IMG/VR virus record: IMGVR_UViG_2531839477_000014
Reading direction: 5' to 3' (one strand)
DNA length: 36,374 nt
From: a virus
Taxonomy: Duplodnaviria; Heunggongvirae; Uroviricota; Caudoviricetes
In this document: piece by piece, positions 1-8,492 of the stretch
Position numbering within the stretch: position 1 is the stretch's first letter
How the letters are laid out: the number at the start of each line of letters is the position of its first letter
Translations under genes and position numbers: made by a program
The notes under the pieces: generated by a model
Told to the model about the DNA's origin: nothing
The model's input: only the letters and a program-made list of their open reading frames with translations
The model's database searches: none

Positions 1-1254
1 ATGCTGGAACAAATGGGCATTGCCGCGAAGCAAGCCTCGTATAAATTAGCGCAACTCTCCAGCCGCGAAAAAAATCGCGTGCTGGAAAAAATCGCCGATG
101 AACTGGAAGCACAAAGCGAAATCATCCTCAACGCTAACGCCCAGGATGTTGCTGACGCGCGAGCCAATGGCCTTAGCGAAGCGATGCTTGACCGTCTGGC
201 ACTGACGCCCGCACGGCTGAAAGGCATTGCCGACGATGTACGTCAGGTGTGCAACCTCGCCGATCCGGTGGGGCAGGTAATCGATGGCGGCGTACTGGAC
301 AGCGGCCTGCGTCTTGAGCGTCGTCGCGTACCGCTGGGGGTTATTGGCGTGATTTATGAAGCGCGCCCGAACGTGACGGTTGATGTCGCTTCGCTGTGCC
401 TGAAAACCGGTAATGCGGTGATCCTGCGCGGTGGCAAAGAAACGTGTCGCACTAACGCTGCAACGGTGGCGGTGATTCAGGACGCCCTGAAATCCTGCGG
501 CTTACCGGCGGGTGCCGTGCAGGCGATTGATAATCCTGACCGTGCGCTGGTCAGTGAAATGCTGCGTATGGATAAATACATCGACATGCTGATCCCGCGT
601 GGTGGCGCTGGTTTGCATAAACTGTGCCGCGAACAGTCGACGATCCCGGTGATCACAGGTGGTATAGGCGTATGCCATATTTATGTTGATGAAAGTGTAG
701 AGATTGCTGAAGCATTAAAAGTGATCGTCAACGCGAAAACTCAGCGTCCGAGCACATGTAATACGGTAGAAACGTTGCTGGTGAATAAAAACATCGCCGA
801 TAGCTTCCTGCCCGCATTAAGCAAACAAATGGAGGAAAGCGGCGTGGCATTACACGCAGATGCAGCTGCGCTGGCGCAGTTGCAGACAGGCCCCGCGAAG
901 GTGGTGGCTGTTAAAGCGGAAGAGTATGACGATGAGTTTCTGTCATTAGATTTGAACGTCAAAATCGTCAGTGATCTTGACGATGCCATCGCCCATATTC
1001 GTGAACACGGCACACAACACTCCGATGCGATCCTGACCCGCGATATGCGCAACGCCCAGCGTTTTGTTAACGAAGTGGATTCGTCCGCTGTTTACGTTAA
1101 CGCCTCTACGCGTTTTACCGACGGCGGCCAGTTTGGACTGGGTGCGGAAGTGGCGGTAAGCACACAAAAACTCCACGCGCGTGGCCCAATGGGGCTGGAA
1201 GCACTGACCACTTACAAGTGGATCGGCATTGGTGATTACACCATTCGTGCGTAA
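1..1254 (+). CDS. proA: gamma-glutamyl phosphate reductase ProA, complete (417 aa)
   Basis: Full-length ORF starting [25 protein letters not shown], recognised as enterobacterial ProA (aldehyde dehydrogenase-type fold); lies directly upstream of thrW as in the E. coli chromosome. Confidence 0.96.
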   Translation: MLEQMGIAAKQASYKLAQLSSREKNRVLEKIADELEAQSEIILNANAQDVADARANGLSEAMLDRLALTPARLKGIADDVRQVCNLADPVGQVIDGGVLDSGLRLERRRVPLGVIGVIYEARPNVTVDVASLCLKTGNAVILRGGKETCRTNAATVAVIQDALKSCGLPAGAVQAIDNPDRALVSEMLRMDKYIDMLIPRGGAGLHKLCREQSTIPVITGGIGVCHIYVDESVEIAEALKVIVNAKTQRPSTCNTVETLLVNKNIADSFLPALSKQMEESGVALHADAAALAQLQTGPAKVVAVKAEEYDDEFLSLDLNVKIVSDLDDAIAHIREHGTQHSDAILTRDMRNAQRFVNEVDSSAVYVNASTRFTDGGQFGLGAEVAVSTQKLHARGPMGLEALTTYKWIGIGDYTIRA

Positions 1255-1368
1255 ATAAAACCGGGTGATGCAAAAGTAGCCATTTGATTCACAAGGCCAT
1301 TGACGCATCGCCCGGTTAGTTTTAACCTTGTCCACCGTGATTCACGTTCGTGAACATGTCCTTTCAGG

Positions 1369-1444
1369 GCCGATATAGCTCAGTTGGTAGAGCAGCGCAT
1401 TCGTAATGCGAAGGTCGTAGGTTCGACTCCTATTATCGGCACCA
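1369..1444 (+). tRNA. thrW: tRNA-Thr (anticodon CGU)
   Basis: 76-nt sequence GCCGATATAGCTCAGTTGGTAGAGCAGCGCATTCGTAATGCGAAGGTCGTAGGTTCGACTCCTATTATCGGCACCA with D-loop, CGT anticodon loop, T-loop GGTTCGA and 3' CCA; matches remembered thrW. Confidence 0.95.
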
Positions 1445-1458
1445 TTTAAATCAATAAG
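1420..1458. other. prophage left attachment junction (attL) overlapping the 3' end of thrW; exact core not resolvable without attR
   Basis: Integrase gene ends at 1459, 15 bp after the tRNA 3' end; tRNA-targeting integrases regenerate the tRNA 3' end from phage DNA. Confidence 0.4.
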
Positions 1459-2622
1459 TTACACATCATTAGTACCTTCCTTATTTTTTGACTGGGACAA
1501 ATTTGGGACCGATGGGTTCAGGATCGAGTCTATTTGCCGTGCGTGTTCGGTAAGGTGATTAGGTGCAAGGTGAGCATATCGACGAACCATTTCGATAGAC
1601 TCCCAGCCTCCCATTTCCTGTAACACTGACAACGGGACTCCGGCTTGAACCAGCCAACTTGCCCAGGTGTGTCTCAAGTCGTGAAATCTGAAATCATCAA
1701 TACCAGCCCGTCTCAGCGCCGCTTTCCAGGCTGTGTTTGCGTCATACCGCATCTTCCTGACTGTTGGCGCTTTCGTTCCGTCTGGTTTGGTACAGCTTTC
1801 CTTGTACACAAATACCCAACGGTGATGATTCCCGATTTGTTTTTTCAATACGCGACATGCAGTATCATTCAGCGCAACGCCAATTGCGCGGTTTGATTTA
1901 CTCTCTTCCGGGTTTATCCATGCCACCCGGCGCTGCATATCTATTTGTTGCCATTCAAGGTTGATGATGTTCGAGCGTCTTAGGCCTGTTGCCAGTGCAA
2001 ATTCAACAACAGACTTTAATGGCTCCGGACATTCATCAATCAGCCTTTGTGCTTCATGGGGCTCCAGCCAGCGGATCCGTTTATTCTTTGGTTGGGGCAC
2101 TTTAATAATTGGTGCCTTATCCAGCATTTTCCATTCACGCTCTGCGGCTCTTAGTAGGGCCTTTATAAATGAAAGATGCGTAGCCTTCGTTGCAACGGAC
2201 GCTGGTTTTGGCGTGTATTCTGGAACAGGTTTCCCTTTTTTTCTGCATGCTTCTGCCCTGAGTTTCCAGTTTTCCTCATGACGCCGGTTCGTCATTTTCT
2301 GCATTGCTGAATAAATTTTTGATTCAGTAATGTCTCTTAGTTGCATTCCTGCGAAATGTTGAAGCCAGAATCCGATCCGGCTTTTGTCATCGTCCAGTGA
2401 TTTTTTATGTGCTTTCTCTTCAAGCCACCTGACACACGCTTCCTCGAACGTTATATCAGGTATTTCACCAAGTTTGCTGACCCGCCATGCTTCAGCCTTT
2501 AGCTTGTCATGGAGTTCTGTCGCCTGCCTTTTGTCCTTTGTTCCAAGAGACTGTTTAAATCTTTTACCGTTCGGCAATGTGAAACTGGCGTACCATATTT
2601 CACCTCTGCGGAAGAGTGACAT
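1459..2622 (-). CDS. int: tyrosine site-specific integrase, P22/SfV-type (387 aa)
   Basis: [27 protein letters not shown]... with C-terminal catalytic region ([39 protein letters not shown]); adjacent to thrW, the known target of P22-family integrases. Confidence 0.95.
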   Translation of the reverse strand: MSLFRRGEIWYASFTLPNGKRFKQSLGTKDKRQATELHDKLKAEAWRVSKLGEIPDITFEEACVRWLEEKAHKKSLDDDKSRIGFWLQHFAGMQLRDITESKIYSAMQKMTNRRHEENWKLRAEACRKKGKPVPEYTPKPASVATKATHLSFIKALLRAAEREWKMLDKAPIIKVPQPKNKRIRWLEPHEAQRLIDECPEPLKSVVEFALATGLRRSNIINLEWQQIDMQRRVAWINPEESKSNRAIGVALNDTACRVLKKQIGNHHRWVFVYKESCTKPDGTKAPTVRKMRYDANTAWKAALRRAGIDDFRFHDLRHTWASWLVQAGVPLSVLQEMGGWESIEMVRRYAHLAPNHLTEHARQIDSILNPSVPNLSQSKNKEGTNDV

Positions 2623-2849
2623 TTTCTTTCCTCTGTTATGCCATCACCCGCGCTCACCTGGACAGTATGCAGCGGAGACTGAAGCGCCGCAATGCAGGCT
2701 TGTCGTGTTGTGAGGTAAGGAGATTTATTCTTAGTGGGATCTTTGCGTGTTGCCTGAAGACGCCCTGTGCGTATCCAGTTAATGGCAGTCGGTCTGGATA
2801 TCTTGAGAAAATGACAGGCCTCATCGAGTGTGAGGCTGTATGGCTCCAT
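2499..2849 (-). CDS. xis: excisionase (Xis), 116 aa
   Basis: [36 protein letters not shown]... resembles P22-type Xis; start chosen at ATG 2849 with upstream GAGGTG Shine-Dalgarno; 3' end overlaps int start as in P22. Confidence 0.8.
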   Translation of the reverse strand: MEPYSLTLDEACHFLKISRPTAINWIRTGRLQATRKDPTKNKSPYLTTRQACIAALQSPLHTVQVSAGDGITEERKCHSSAEVKYGTPVSHCRTVKDLNSLLEQRTKGRRQNSMTS

Positions 2850-3154
2850 TATTTCACCTCTTGCTGTGACATTGTTGAAAAATGGATACCAGCTCGTTGC
2901 TGCCAGACGATCCAACCGAGAGTCATATCCCATGCCATGTATTCGTTATCGCCGTTTTTTGCTCTCCGACGATCTACTAAGTCACCGAAACGCTTTTCCA
3001 TGAATAATTCATAAGCTTCGCGTTCATCTGGTTCTACTTCCAGAGATAGGAGTGCGATTTCATAAGCACGGCGCTCAATATCGTCTCGCACGTCAAGGCT
3101 GCTGATACGCTCTTTAATTTCTTTAATCAGTTCTTTGTCGGTAAAAGTGGTCAT
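2849..3154 (-). CDS. hypothetical early-left (ea-type) protein, 101 aa
   Basis: Intact ORF translationally coupled to xis (TAATG overlap); acidic protein with no recognisable motif. Confidence 0.5.
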   Translation of the reverse strand: MTTFTDKELIKEIKERISSLDVRDDIERRAYEIALLSLEVEPDEREAYELFMEKRFGDLVDRRRAKNGDNEYMAWDMTLGWIVWQQRAGIHFSTMSQQEVK

Positions 3155-3516
3155 TATGCTCCAGCCTCCGGTGCTTTTGGCATTACTGCCCAGTGAGTGA
3201 TATTGACGTTTTCAAGGTCCCCGACCTGAAATGTCCACTGCCATTCTCCGGTTTCTTTTTGTCCCCAGGTGTACCAGAGAGAACGCCAGCCAATTAGCCA
3301 GCCTTCTCCGTTAGCATCGAATAACAAAACACTTTCATTTGCTGGTGGCAGTTCAGTTGACACTGGTATTACTTTGTTTTCCTGTGCTGCACATTTAGCT
3401 TCAAGCGCATCGAATTTACGCACCAGGTATTCAGCATCTGTTTCATTTACTTTCAGATCTCGCGGTACACATCTCCCACGAAGAAACCCTTCCATTTCGA
3501 AAACATTCATGCGCAT
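3154..3516 (-). CDS. DUF551-like phage protein
   Basis: Trp-rich C-terminus (GWRSLWYTWGQKETGEWQWTF) resembles DUF551 proteins of enterobacterial prophage early regions; family assignment from memory. Confidence 0.5.
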   Translation of the reverse strand: MRMNVFEMEGFLRGRCVPRDLKVNETDAEYLVRKFDALEAKCAAQENKVIPVSTELPPANESVLLFDANGEGWLIGWRSLWYTWGQKETGEWQWTFQVGDLENVNITHWAVMPKAPEAGA

Positions 3517-4043
3517 TTGCGTAACTCCGATAACTCGTTAAAGCGTTCCATAAACATCCCGTAGGCATGGCCCGGTGCCAGTGGAATCACGTTGAACATC
3601 TCTGTTGCCGGGATACCTTCCAGTACAGGCCAGAAAGAGCCATCATCAAGCCCGAGATCGCGGCGTTCGGTTGCCAGCATGATGAGATCGGCATATTTCA
3701 CGGGCGTACTCATAACCGGGGGTAACCCGTATTTCTCACGGATTACGGCGTCTATTTTTTCTTCCATTTGTTTATAGTCAGGAAGAAGGCGTTTCAGTGG
3801 TGCGGGAATGTCCTGGCAATACGCTTCTGTTGCATCATGCATTAACGCTTCAAAAGCAAATTCCTGCGGCACCAGCTGGCTGCAAAGCACCGCATGTTGG
3901 GCGACACTGTAGAAGTGTGAAAGATGTCCTGCAAAGCGACAGATATTTGAAAGGGAAACCGCGATATCGTTAATAACGATGTCGTCTTTATTTATCCTGT
4001 CATAATAAAAATGCTTCCCGGAAAAAGTTTTAATAAATGACAT
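3507..4043 (-). CDS. HD-domain phosphohydrolase (YfbR-like 5'-deoxynucleotidase family)
   Basis: H...HD metal-binding motifs (HFYSVAQHAV ... LMHDATEAY); start set to ATG 4043 with GGAGA Shine-Dalgarno rather than the upstream GTG at 4070. Confidence 0.7.
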   Translation of the reverse strand: MSFIKTFSGKHFYYDRINKDDIVINDIAVSLSNICRFAGHLSHFYSVAQHAVLCSQLVPQEFAFEALMHDATEAYCQDIPAPLKRLLPDYKQMEEKIDAVIREKYGLPPVMSTPVKYADLIMLATERRDLGLDDGSFWPVLEGIPATEMFNVIPLAPGHAYGMFMERFNELSELRKCA

Positions 4044-4556
4044 TTTGTTCTCCACGTATATGCGCTGCACCGCGCTGAATTCGGGTAAAAGGAAGCCCTC
4101 ACCGTCCGGCGATTATTGAGTCAATTACATTTCCATAAATGCCCCCGTAGGGGCGGTTAGTTTCTCCACAAAACAGAGAAGAACACCTGCGGTGGCAGCC
4201 GCCCGGATGGATTGGGTTATGAGCCCGTCGTCCGGTGATGCTCTTCTCTGTTTTGTAAAAAGGACGGTACCAGCCGGAAGCAAGGGTACAAGCTGGTACC
4301 GCCAGGACTACACACAGCATAAAGTTGTGGTGCCGGGTGCCTCCCGGTGCCTGGCGAAGGTTGCACACCAGGCGGGTGGGTATCCACAGAAGGTCGACTG
4401 TCAGCCTCAACCTTAACCCGCGTGCGCTGAGCCGCATTCACCACAACGCTAAGGATTCTCTTTGGTTGAAAATACTTAGCTGTTATGTGCCTGTCTTTTC
4501 ACCACTTCAGGCTCGGTGGTATCCTTTTAAGCCCGTATACATAAAAGGAAAATCAA

Positions 4557-4802
4557 ATGACTTTTGATGAAAAAGAACTTGATAATGCAATTAATAAAAT
4601 CATCGTAACGTCGCTCTTTTCCTGTCTCAGCGACACTCAGCAGAAACAGTTCTACGAATCGGCTTTCAACATGATCGAGCGTTGTTGTTTCTGCGATGCC
4701 GACGAGTTACCTGAAAAAATCAGGAAACAGTTGGCTGATGCTCTTCGAGTGCGACTTTCTGACCAATTTTCTGAAATGTGCTCTCCGAATTTGGACAAAT
4801 AG
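4557..4802 (+). CDS. hypothetical small acidic protein, 81 aa
   Basis: ATG preceded by AAGGAA Shine-Dalgarno at 6 nt spacing; convergent with, and overlapping by 83 bp, the minus-strand ORF 4720..4995. Confidence 0.45.
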   Translation: MTFDEKELDNAINKIIVTSLFSCLSDTQQKQFYESAFNMIERCCFCDADELPEKIRKQLADALRVRLSDQFSEMCSPNLDK

Positions 4803-4995
4803 AAAAAGGCCATTTCCATTCAGGGTCTGATGGAAATACTTCAGCCTGTTCCAAAGCACGGCGTAAAGAGAACACAACTCCAGCCATAATCTGATGTTTC
4901 CCATTGGTCCAGCTATCGCCGCTCTGATCTACAGGGGCGGCTATGTCGTATGACCAAACGACTTCACAGTTATTGTTTAAAATCTGGACTTTCAT
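4720..4995 (-). CDS. hypothetical protein, first gene downstream of predicted PL (91 aa)
   Basis: ATG at 4995 with AGGTG Shine-Dalgarno 6 nt upstream; sits where lambda has N and HK022 has nun; no Arg-rich motif, so not an obvious N homolog. Confidence 0.45.
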   Translation of the reverse strand: MKVQILNNNCEVVWSYDIAAPVDQSGDSWTNGKHQIMAGVVFSLRRALEQAEVFPSDPEWKWPFSICPNSESTFQKIGQKVALEEHQPTVS

Positions 4996-5111
4996 TTCAT
5001 ACACCTGCTTTAACATGAGTGCCTAGTGGCACAACATGACTCAACGAATCATCCTGGACTTCATATGCCCCAGGCGGCTACTTCGTGGGCGTCCTGCCTG
5101 TTCGTTATCTT

Positions 5112-5149
5112 TGATATAAAATCTAACTTAACTTAGTTATTATGGCAAG
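5112..5149 (-). promoter_or_regulatory. candidate PL promoter with OL operator
   Basis: On minus strand: -35 TTGCCA (plus 5143-5148), 17-bp spacer, -10 TAGATT (plus 5120-5125); overlaps operator-like motif ATCTAACTTAACTTAGTT (5121-5138) shared with the cI-cro intergenic region. Confidence 0.5.
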
Positions 5150-5154
5150 AGACA

Positions 5155-5180
5155 GCACCAAACTTTTCTTAGTTCGGTGC
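5155..5180 (-). terminator. possible weak terminator hairpin downstream of cI
   Basis: Imperfect inverted repeat GCACCAAAC / GTTCGGTGC (one mismatch) between cI stop and PL -35; no strong U-tract. Confidence 0.25.
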
Positions 5181-5201
5181 CTTAGTTAGAGAAGAGAGGT
5201 C

Positions 5202-5828
5202 TTAGAGTTCGTATTGAACTCCTTTGACTACACCAATGATAAGGCAATTACCATTGATAGGGATGTTGGGATACCGAGGATTTAATGGCACTAAAAACTT
5301 TTGAGGGCCATCGATGACTAATTTTTTTACTGTAGCTTCGTTTGTTCCATCAAGTCGAGCGATGACTATTTTTCCATGACGAGGTTCTGCATCTGGATCT
5401 ACAATCACTGTTGCGCCTTCTGGTATTGTTGGGAGGCCATTAGGGTTAGTCATGGAGTCACCTTTAACCTCTAATGCAAATGAGTTATCACCAATCTTTA
5501 ATGATGTATCTACCCACTTGTCCACTTCACTAAACACTTCTGCTGCCCTGCACTCAGTAAACTGCCCAGCCTGAACCCACGATATTACAGGAACTCTGCG
5601 CATGTTTGTGACGAGTTTGCCTTCAAACTCAGCACCATAAAGAATGTAATCTATTGACGTATTGAAGAACTTCGCTAATTTCGAAAGTGCCTCCCCACCA
5701 GGGGTATTGATGTCTTTCTCCCAGTACCCCACAGCAACATCGCTTACTCCACAAAATTTACCCAATTCTTTCTGGGACGTTCCGGTAACTCTTCTCAGAG
5801 CTTTTATACGCTGACCAACCGTTTCCAT
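5202..5828 (-). CDS. CI-like prophage repressor (N-terminal XRE-type HTH + C-terminal S24 LexA-like peptidase domain)
   Basis: HTH segment QRIKALRRVTGTSQKELGKFCGVSDVAVGYWE; C-terminal GDSM serine motif and downstream lysine typical of self-cleaving S24 repressors; divergent from cro. Confidence 0.9.
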   Translation of the reverse strand: METVGQRIKALRRVTGTSQKELGKFCGVSDVAVGYWEKDINTPGGEALSKLAKFFNTSIDYILYGAEFEGKLVTNMRRVPVISWVQAGQFTECRAAEVFSEVDKWVDTSLKIGDNSFALEVKGDSMTNPNGLPTIPEGATVIVDPDAEPRHGKIVIARLDGTNEATVKKLVIDGPQKFLVPLNPRYPNIPINGNCLIIGVVKGVQYEL

Positions 5829-5850
5829 AGGAGCACCATTTCTTGAATTG

Positions 5851-5913
5851 CTAAGTAATCTTAGTTTTTATTGACCAAAGATAGATTTGTAATTAGCATC
5901 TAATAAAACTTAG
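5851..5913. promoter_or_regulatory. OR operator region with PR promoter (and presumably PRM)
   Basis: Palindrome CTAAGTAATCTTAG (5851-5864) and related CTAATAAAACTTAG (5900-5913); PR as -35 TTGACC (5871-5876), 17-bp spacer, -10 TAGCAT (5894-5899); GGAG Shine-Dalgarno before cro ATG. Confidence 0.55.
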
Positions 5914-5925
5914 TTTGGAGGGCGT

Positions 5926-6126
5926 ATGACAACTGACGATATCGAAAGCTACTTCGGCAGTATTGAGAAAGTTGCTGCTTTTTTCGGCATAACAACTGAA
6001 GCCGTTTATCAGTGGCGAAACCGTCCGGGCCAGTTAATTCCAAAAGGACGTGCAGCAGAAGCTGCATATAGAACTTGCGGACGGTTGCCATTTAAACCTG
6101 AGCTTTATGAAAAATCTAATGGATAA
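5926..6126 (+). CDS. Cro-like DNA-binding protein (66 aa)
   Basis: Small basic protein transcribed divergently from the repressor and directly downstream of predicted PR; YdaS/Cro-like HTH region. Confidence 0.7.
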   Translation: MTTDDIESYFGSIEKVAAFFGITTEAVYQWRNRPGQLIPKGRAAEAAYRTCGRLPFKPELYEKSNG

Positions 6127-6715
6127 ATCGATTAACAGAAACCACAGAACGATGAGGCTAACCGTGGGTAAGCATCACTGGAAAGTAGAAAAACAGCCTG
6201 AGTGGTACGTGAAAGCTGTCAGAAAAACTATCGCAGCGTTGCCGGGTGGTTACGCTGAAGCAGCTGACTGGCTGGATGTAACAGAAAACGCATTATTTAA
6301 CCGCCTTCGTGCCGATGGCGATCAGATTTTCCCGCTGGGATGGGCAATGATTTTGCAACGTGCTGGTGGAACTCACTTCATTGCTGACGCTGTGGCGCAG
6401 TCTGCAAATGGCGTCTTTGTGTCTCTTCCTGACGTCGAGGATGTGGACAACGCCGATATTAACCAGCGCCTGCTGGAAGTCATTGAACAGATTGGCAGTT
6501 ATTCCAGACAGATTCGTTCGGCAATCGAAGACGGTGTGGTGGAACCGCATGAGAAGACAGCAATTAACGACGAGCTGTATCTCTCAATTTCGAAGCTGCA
6601 GGAGCATGCAGCACTGGTCTACAAAATCTTTTGCATTTCAGAAAGTAATGACGCCCGCGAGTGTGCAGCTCCGGGCGCCGTGGCGTGTCGTGACTGTGGA
6701 GAAACTAACGCATGA
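6107..6715 (+). CDS. CII-like / YdaT-family regulatory protein (start uncertain: 6107, 6119 or 6152)
   Basis: Immediately follows cro, overlapping its stop; position equals cII of lambdoid phages; family assignment from memory only; no clear Shine-Dalgarno for any candidate start. Confidence 0.4.
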   Translation: MKNLMDKSINRNHRTMRLTVGKHHWKVEKQPEWYVKAVRKTIAALPGGYAEAADWLDVTENALFNRLRADGDQIFPLGWAMILQRAGGTHFIADAVAQSANGVFVSLPDVEDVDNADINQRLLEVIEQIGSYSRQIRSAIEDGVVEPHEKTAINDELYLSISKLQEHAALVYKIFCISESNDARECAAPGAVACRDCGETNA

Positions 6716-7050
6716 ACAGTTTAACAACACACTACCGTCGCTCGCAACTGATTGCGCTTCCTGTACCGGGTGGAAAAGCGAAGGTGGAGTATTGCTATGC
6801 AGTAAATGTACCAGGTGACAGGGAAATTGTAACCCACAGCTTTGCTGAGTGGGCTGTGGGTGATTTCAACCGGCAGAAGGAGACAGTCCTTTGCGACAAG
6901 TTAACCGCTGGTTCAAAGATCACTACGGAGTGCCCGTCAGAGTCATTCGTTGGGAGCCGGAAACACAACGAGTTATCTACCTCCGCGAAGGCTATGAGCA
7001 TGAGTGCTTCAGCCTGCTCGAACAGTTTCGTCGTAAATTCAGGGAAATAG
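6712..7050 (+). CDS. hypothetical protein (112 aa); may instead be a short gene plus an overlapping TTG-start gene 6891..7070
   Basis: ATGA start-stop overlap with upstream gene; C-terminal half looks less protein-like than the alternative frame (see findings). Confidence 0.35.
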   Translation: MNSLTTHYRRSQLIALPVPGGKAKVEYCYAVNVPGDREIVTHSFAEWAVGDFNRQKETVLCDKLTAGSKITTECPSESFVGSRKHNELSTSAKAMSMSASACSNSFVVNSGK

Positions 7051-7059
7051 AGGTCGGTC

Positions 7060-8001
7060 ATGAGCACTAAATTAACCGGCTATGTATGGGATGGTTGTGC
7101 TGCATCAGGCATGAAATTATCCAGCGTGGCAATTATGGCCCGCCTGGCTGATTTCAGTAATGACGAAGGTGTGTGCTGGCCATCAATTGAAACTATTGCC
7201 CGTCAGATTGGCGCGGGGATGAGTACCGTCAGGACGGCTATCGCACGGCTGGAAGCAGAAGGCTGGTTAACGCGTAAGGCGCGTCGCCAGGGTAACCGCA
7301 ATGCGTCGAATGTTTATCAGCTTAACGTTGCGAAGCTTCAGGCAGCGGCATTTTCTCAACTGTCAGATTCTGACCCGTCAAAATCTGACGCATCAAAATC
7401 TGACCCGTCAAAATTTGATGCGTCGAAATCTGGCAAAAAAGCGGGTTTTCACCCGTCAGAATCTGGCGGGGATCCGTCAGTAAAATCAAAACATGATCCG
7501 TCAGATAAAAAACCTTCTCGTCCGGACGCTTCGCAACCGGACACGCAGACGGATGAACAGGGTTTTTTAACTCGCCATCCTGATGCGGTTGTATTCAGCC
7601 CTAAAAAGCGCCAGTGGGGAACGCAGGATGATTTGACCTGCGCACAGTGGCTCTGGAAAAAAATCATCGCCCTGTACGAGCAAGCCGCCGAATGTGACGG
7701 CGAGGTGGTTCGTCCCAAAGAACCGAACTGGACAGCCTGGGCAAACGAAATTCGCCTGATGTGTGTGCAGGATGGTCGTACTCACAAACAAATCTGCGAG
7801 ATGTACAGCCGCGTCAGCCGCGATCCGTTCTGGTGCCGTAACGTGCTCAGCCCGTCGAAGTTGCGGGAAAAATGGGATGAGCTTTCCCTGCGCTTATCAC
7901 CGTCCGTCAGCACGTACACCGAAAAACGCGAAGACCCGTACTTCAAATCCAGTTACGACAACGTGGACTACAGCCAGATCCCGGCAGGATTCAGGGGGTG
8001 A
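7060..8001 (+). CDS. replication initiator (O-like), N-terminal winged-helix domain, central Ser/Asp/Lys-rich repeat linker
   Basis: N-terminal segment MSTKLTGYVWDG...VCWPSIETIARQIGAGMSTVRTAIARLEAEGWL typical of phage replication-initiator wHTH domains; tandem iteron repeats inside the coding sequence; located downstream of cro/cII as lambda O. Confidence 0.7.
   Translation: MSTKLTGYVWDGCAASGMKLSSVAIMARLADFSNDEGVCWPSIETIARQIGAGMSTVRTAIARLEAEGWLTRKARRQGNRNASNVYQLNVAKLQAAAFSQLSDSDPSKSDASKSDPSKFDASKSGKKAGFHPSESGGDPSVKSKHDPSDKKPSRPDASQPDTQTDEQGFLTRHPDAVVFSPKKRQWGTQDDLTCAQWLWKKIIALYEQAAECDGEVVRPKEPNWTAWANEIRLMCVQDGRTHKQICEMYSRVSRDPFWCRNVLSPSKLREKWDELSLRLSPSVSTYTEKREDPYFKSSYDNVDYSQIPAGFRG
7371..7430. 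repeat. four tandem 15-bp iterons (TGACCCGTCAAAATC-like); candidate replication origin inside the initiator gene
   Basis: Direct repeats TGACCCGTCAAAATC / TGACGCATCAAAATC / TGACCCGTCAAAATT / TGATGCGTCGAAATC, with degenerate copies to about 7510 and an A-rich stretch after. Confidence 0.6.
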
Positions 8002-8003
8002 TC

Positions 8004-8492
8004 ATGAGTCTTTTGAATGAAGTTCAGAAATTCATTGAAGCCCATCCGGGATGTACTTCCGGAGACATTGCGGATGCTTTTGCAGGTTACTCACGGCAGC
8101 GCGTTCTGCAGTCAGCAAGCAAGTTACGTCAGAGTGGGCGTGTGGCTCACCGTTGTGAAGGAGATACACGCAGACATTTCCCGCGCCTGACTGAGAGAGC
8201 GCAGGAACCGGAACCACAACCAGTTCGAGAAACCAGACCTGTGCGCAATTTCTATGTCGGCACTAACGATCCACGGGTGATTTTGTGCCTGACCCGCCAG
8301 GCTGAAGAACTGGAGTCCAGGGGCTTATACCGTCGTGCTGCAACCGTGTGGATGGCGGCATTCCGTGAAAGCCACTCCCAGCCAGAACGAAACAATTTTC
8401 TGGCGCGTCGTGAGCGGTGCTTACGGAAAAGCAGCAAGCGCGCTGCATCGGGTGAAGAGTGGTATCTGTCAGGGAATTACGTGGGGGCTTAA
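8004..8492 (+). CDS. hypothetical protein (162 aa), possible DNA-binding/regulatory
   Basis: ATG at 8004 preceded by GGGGGTG; Arg-rich C-terminal half; sits where a helicase loader would be expected but has no ATPase motifs. Confidence 0.45.
   Translation: MSLLNEVQKFIEAHPGCTSGDIADAFAGYSRQRVLQSASKLRQSGRVAHRCEGDTRRHFPRLTERAQEPEPQPVRETRPVRNFYVGTNDPRVILCLTRQAEELESRGLYRRAATVWMAAFRESHSQPERNNFLARRERCLRKSSKRAASGEEWYLSGNYVGA

Noticed and set aside
741-1335. Minus-strand ORFs (741..1052, 946..1335) overlapping proA
   Set aside because: Antisense to a well-supported conserved gene; translations are low-complexity with no start context; typical spurious reverse-frame ORFs.
1645-2713. Plus-strand ORFs inside the integrase and excisionase genes (1645..1896, 1764..1964, 1961..2281, 2384..2713)
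   Set aside because: Entirely within the int/xis coding region on the opposite strand; Ser/Cys-rich nonsense translations.
4100-4500. Possible tRNA or tmRNA gene in the GC-rich structured segment
   Set aside because: No T-loop (GGTTCGA-type) or cloverleaf arrangement found; remembered tmRNA and RNase P RNA sequences do not match.
4099-4567. ORFs 4099..4437(-), 4217..4444(-), 4192..4416(+), 4325..4567(+) in the GC-rich segment
   Set aside because: Mutually overlapping in several frames, Arg/Trp/Cys/Pro-rich, no RBS; more likely by-products of GC-rich structured non-coding DNA. An N-like antiterminator was looked for here and not found.
7301-7520. Tandem repeats at 7371..7510 as a possible CRISPR array
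   Set aside because: Repeats are 15 bp, contiguous with no spacers, and lie inside a protein-coding gene; consistent with origin iterons.
7301-7791. Alternate-frame ORFs within the replication initiator gene (7301..7483 +, 7449..7718 -, 7567..7791 -)
   Set aside because: Produced by the repetitive iteron DNA and opposite-strand reading; repetitive QNLT-type translation; no independent support.
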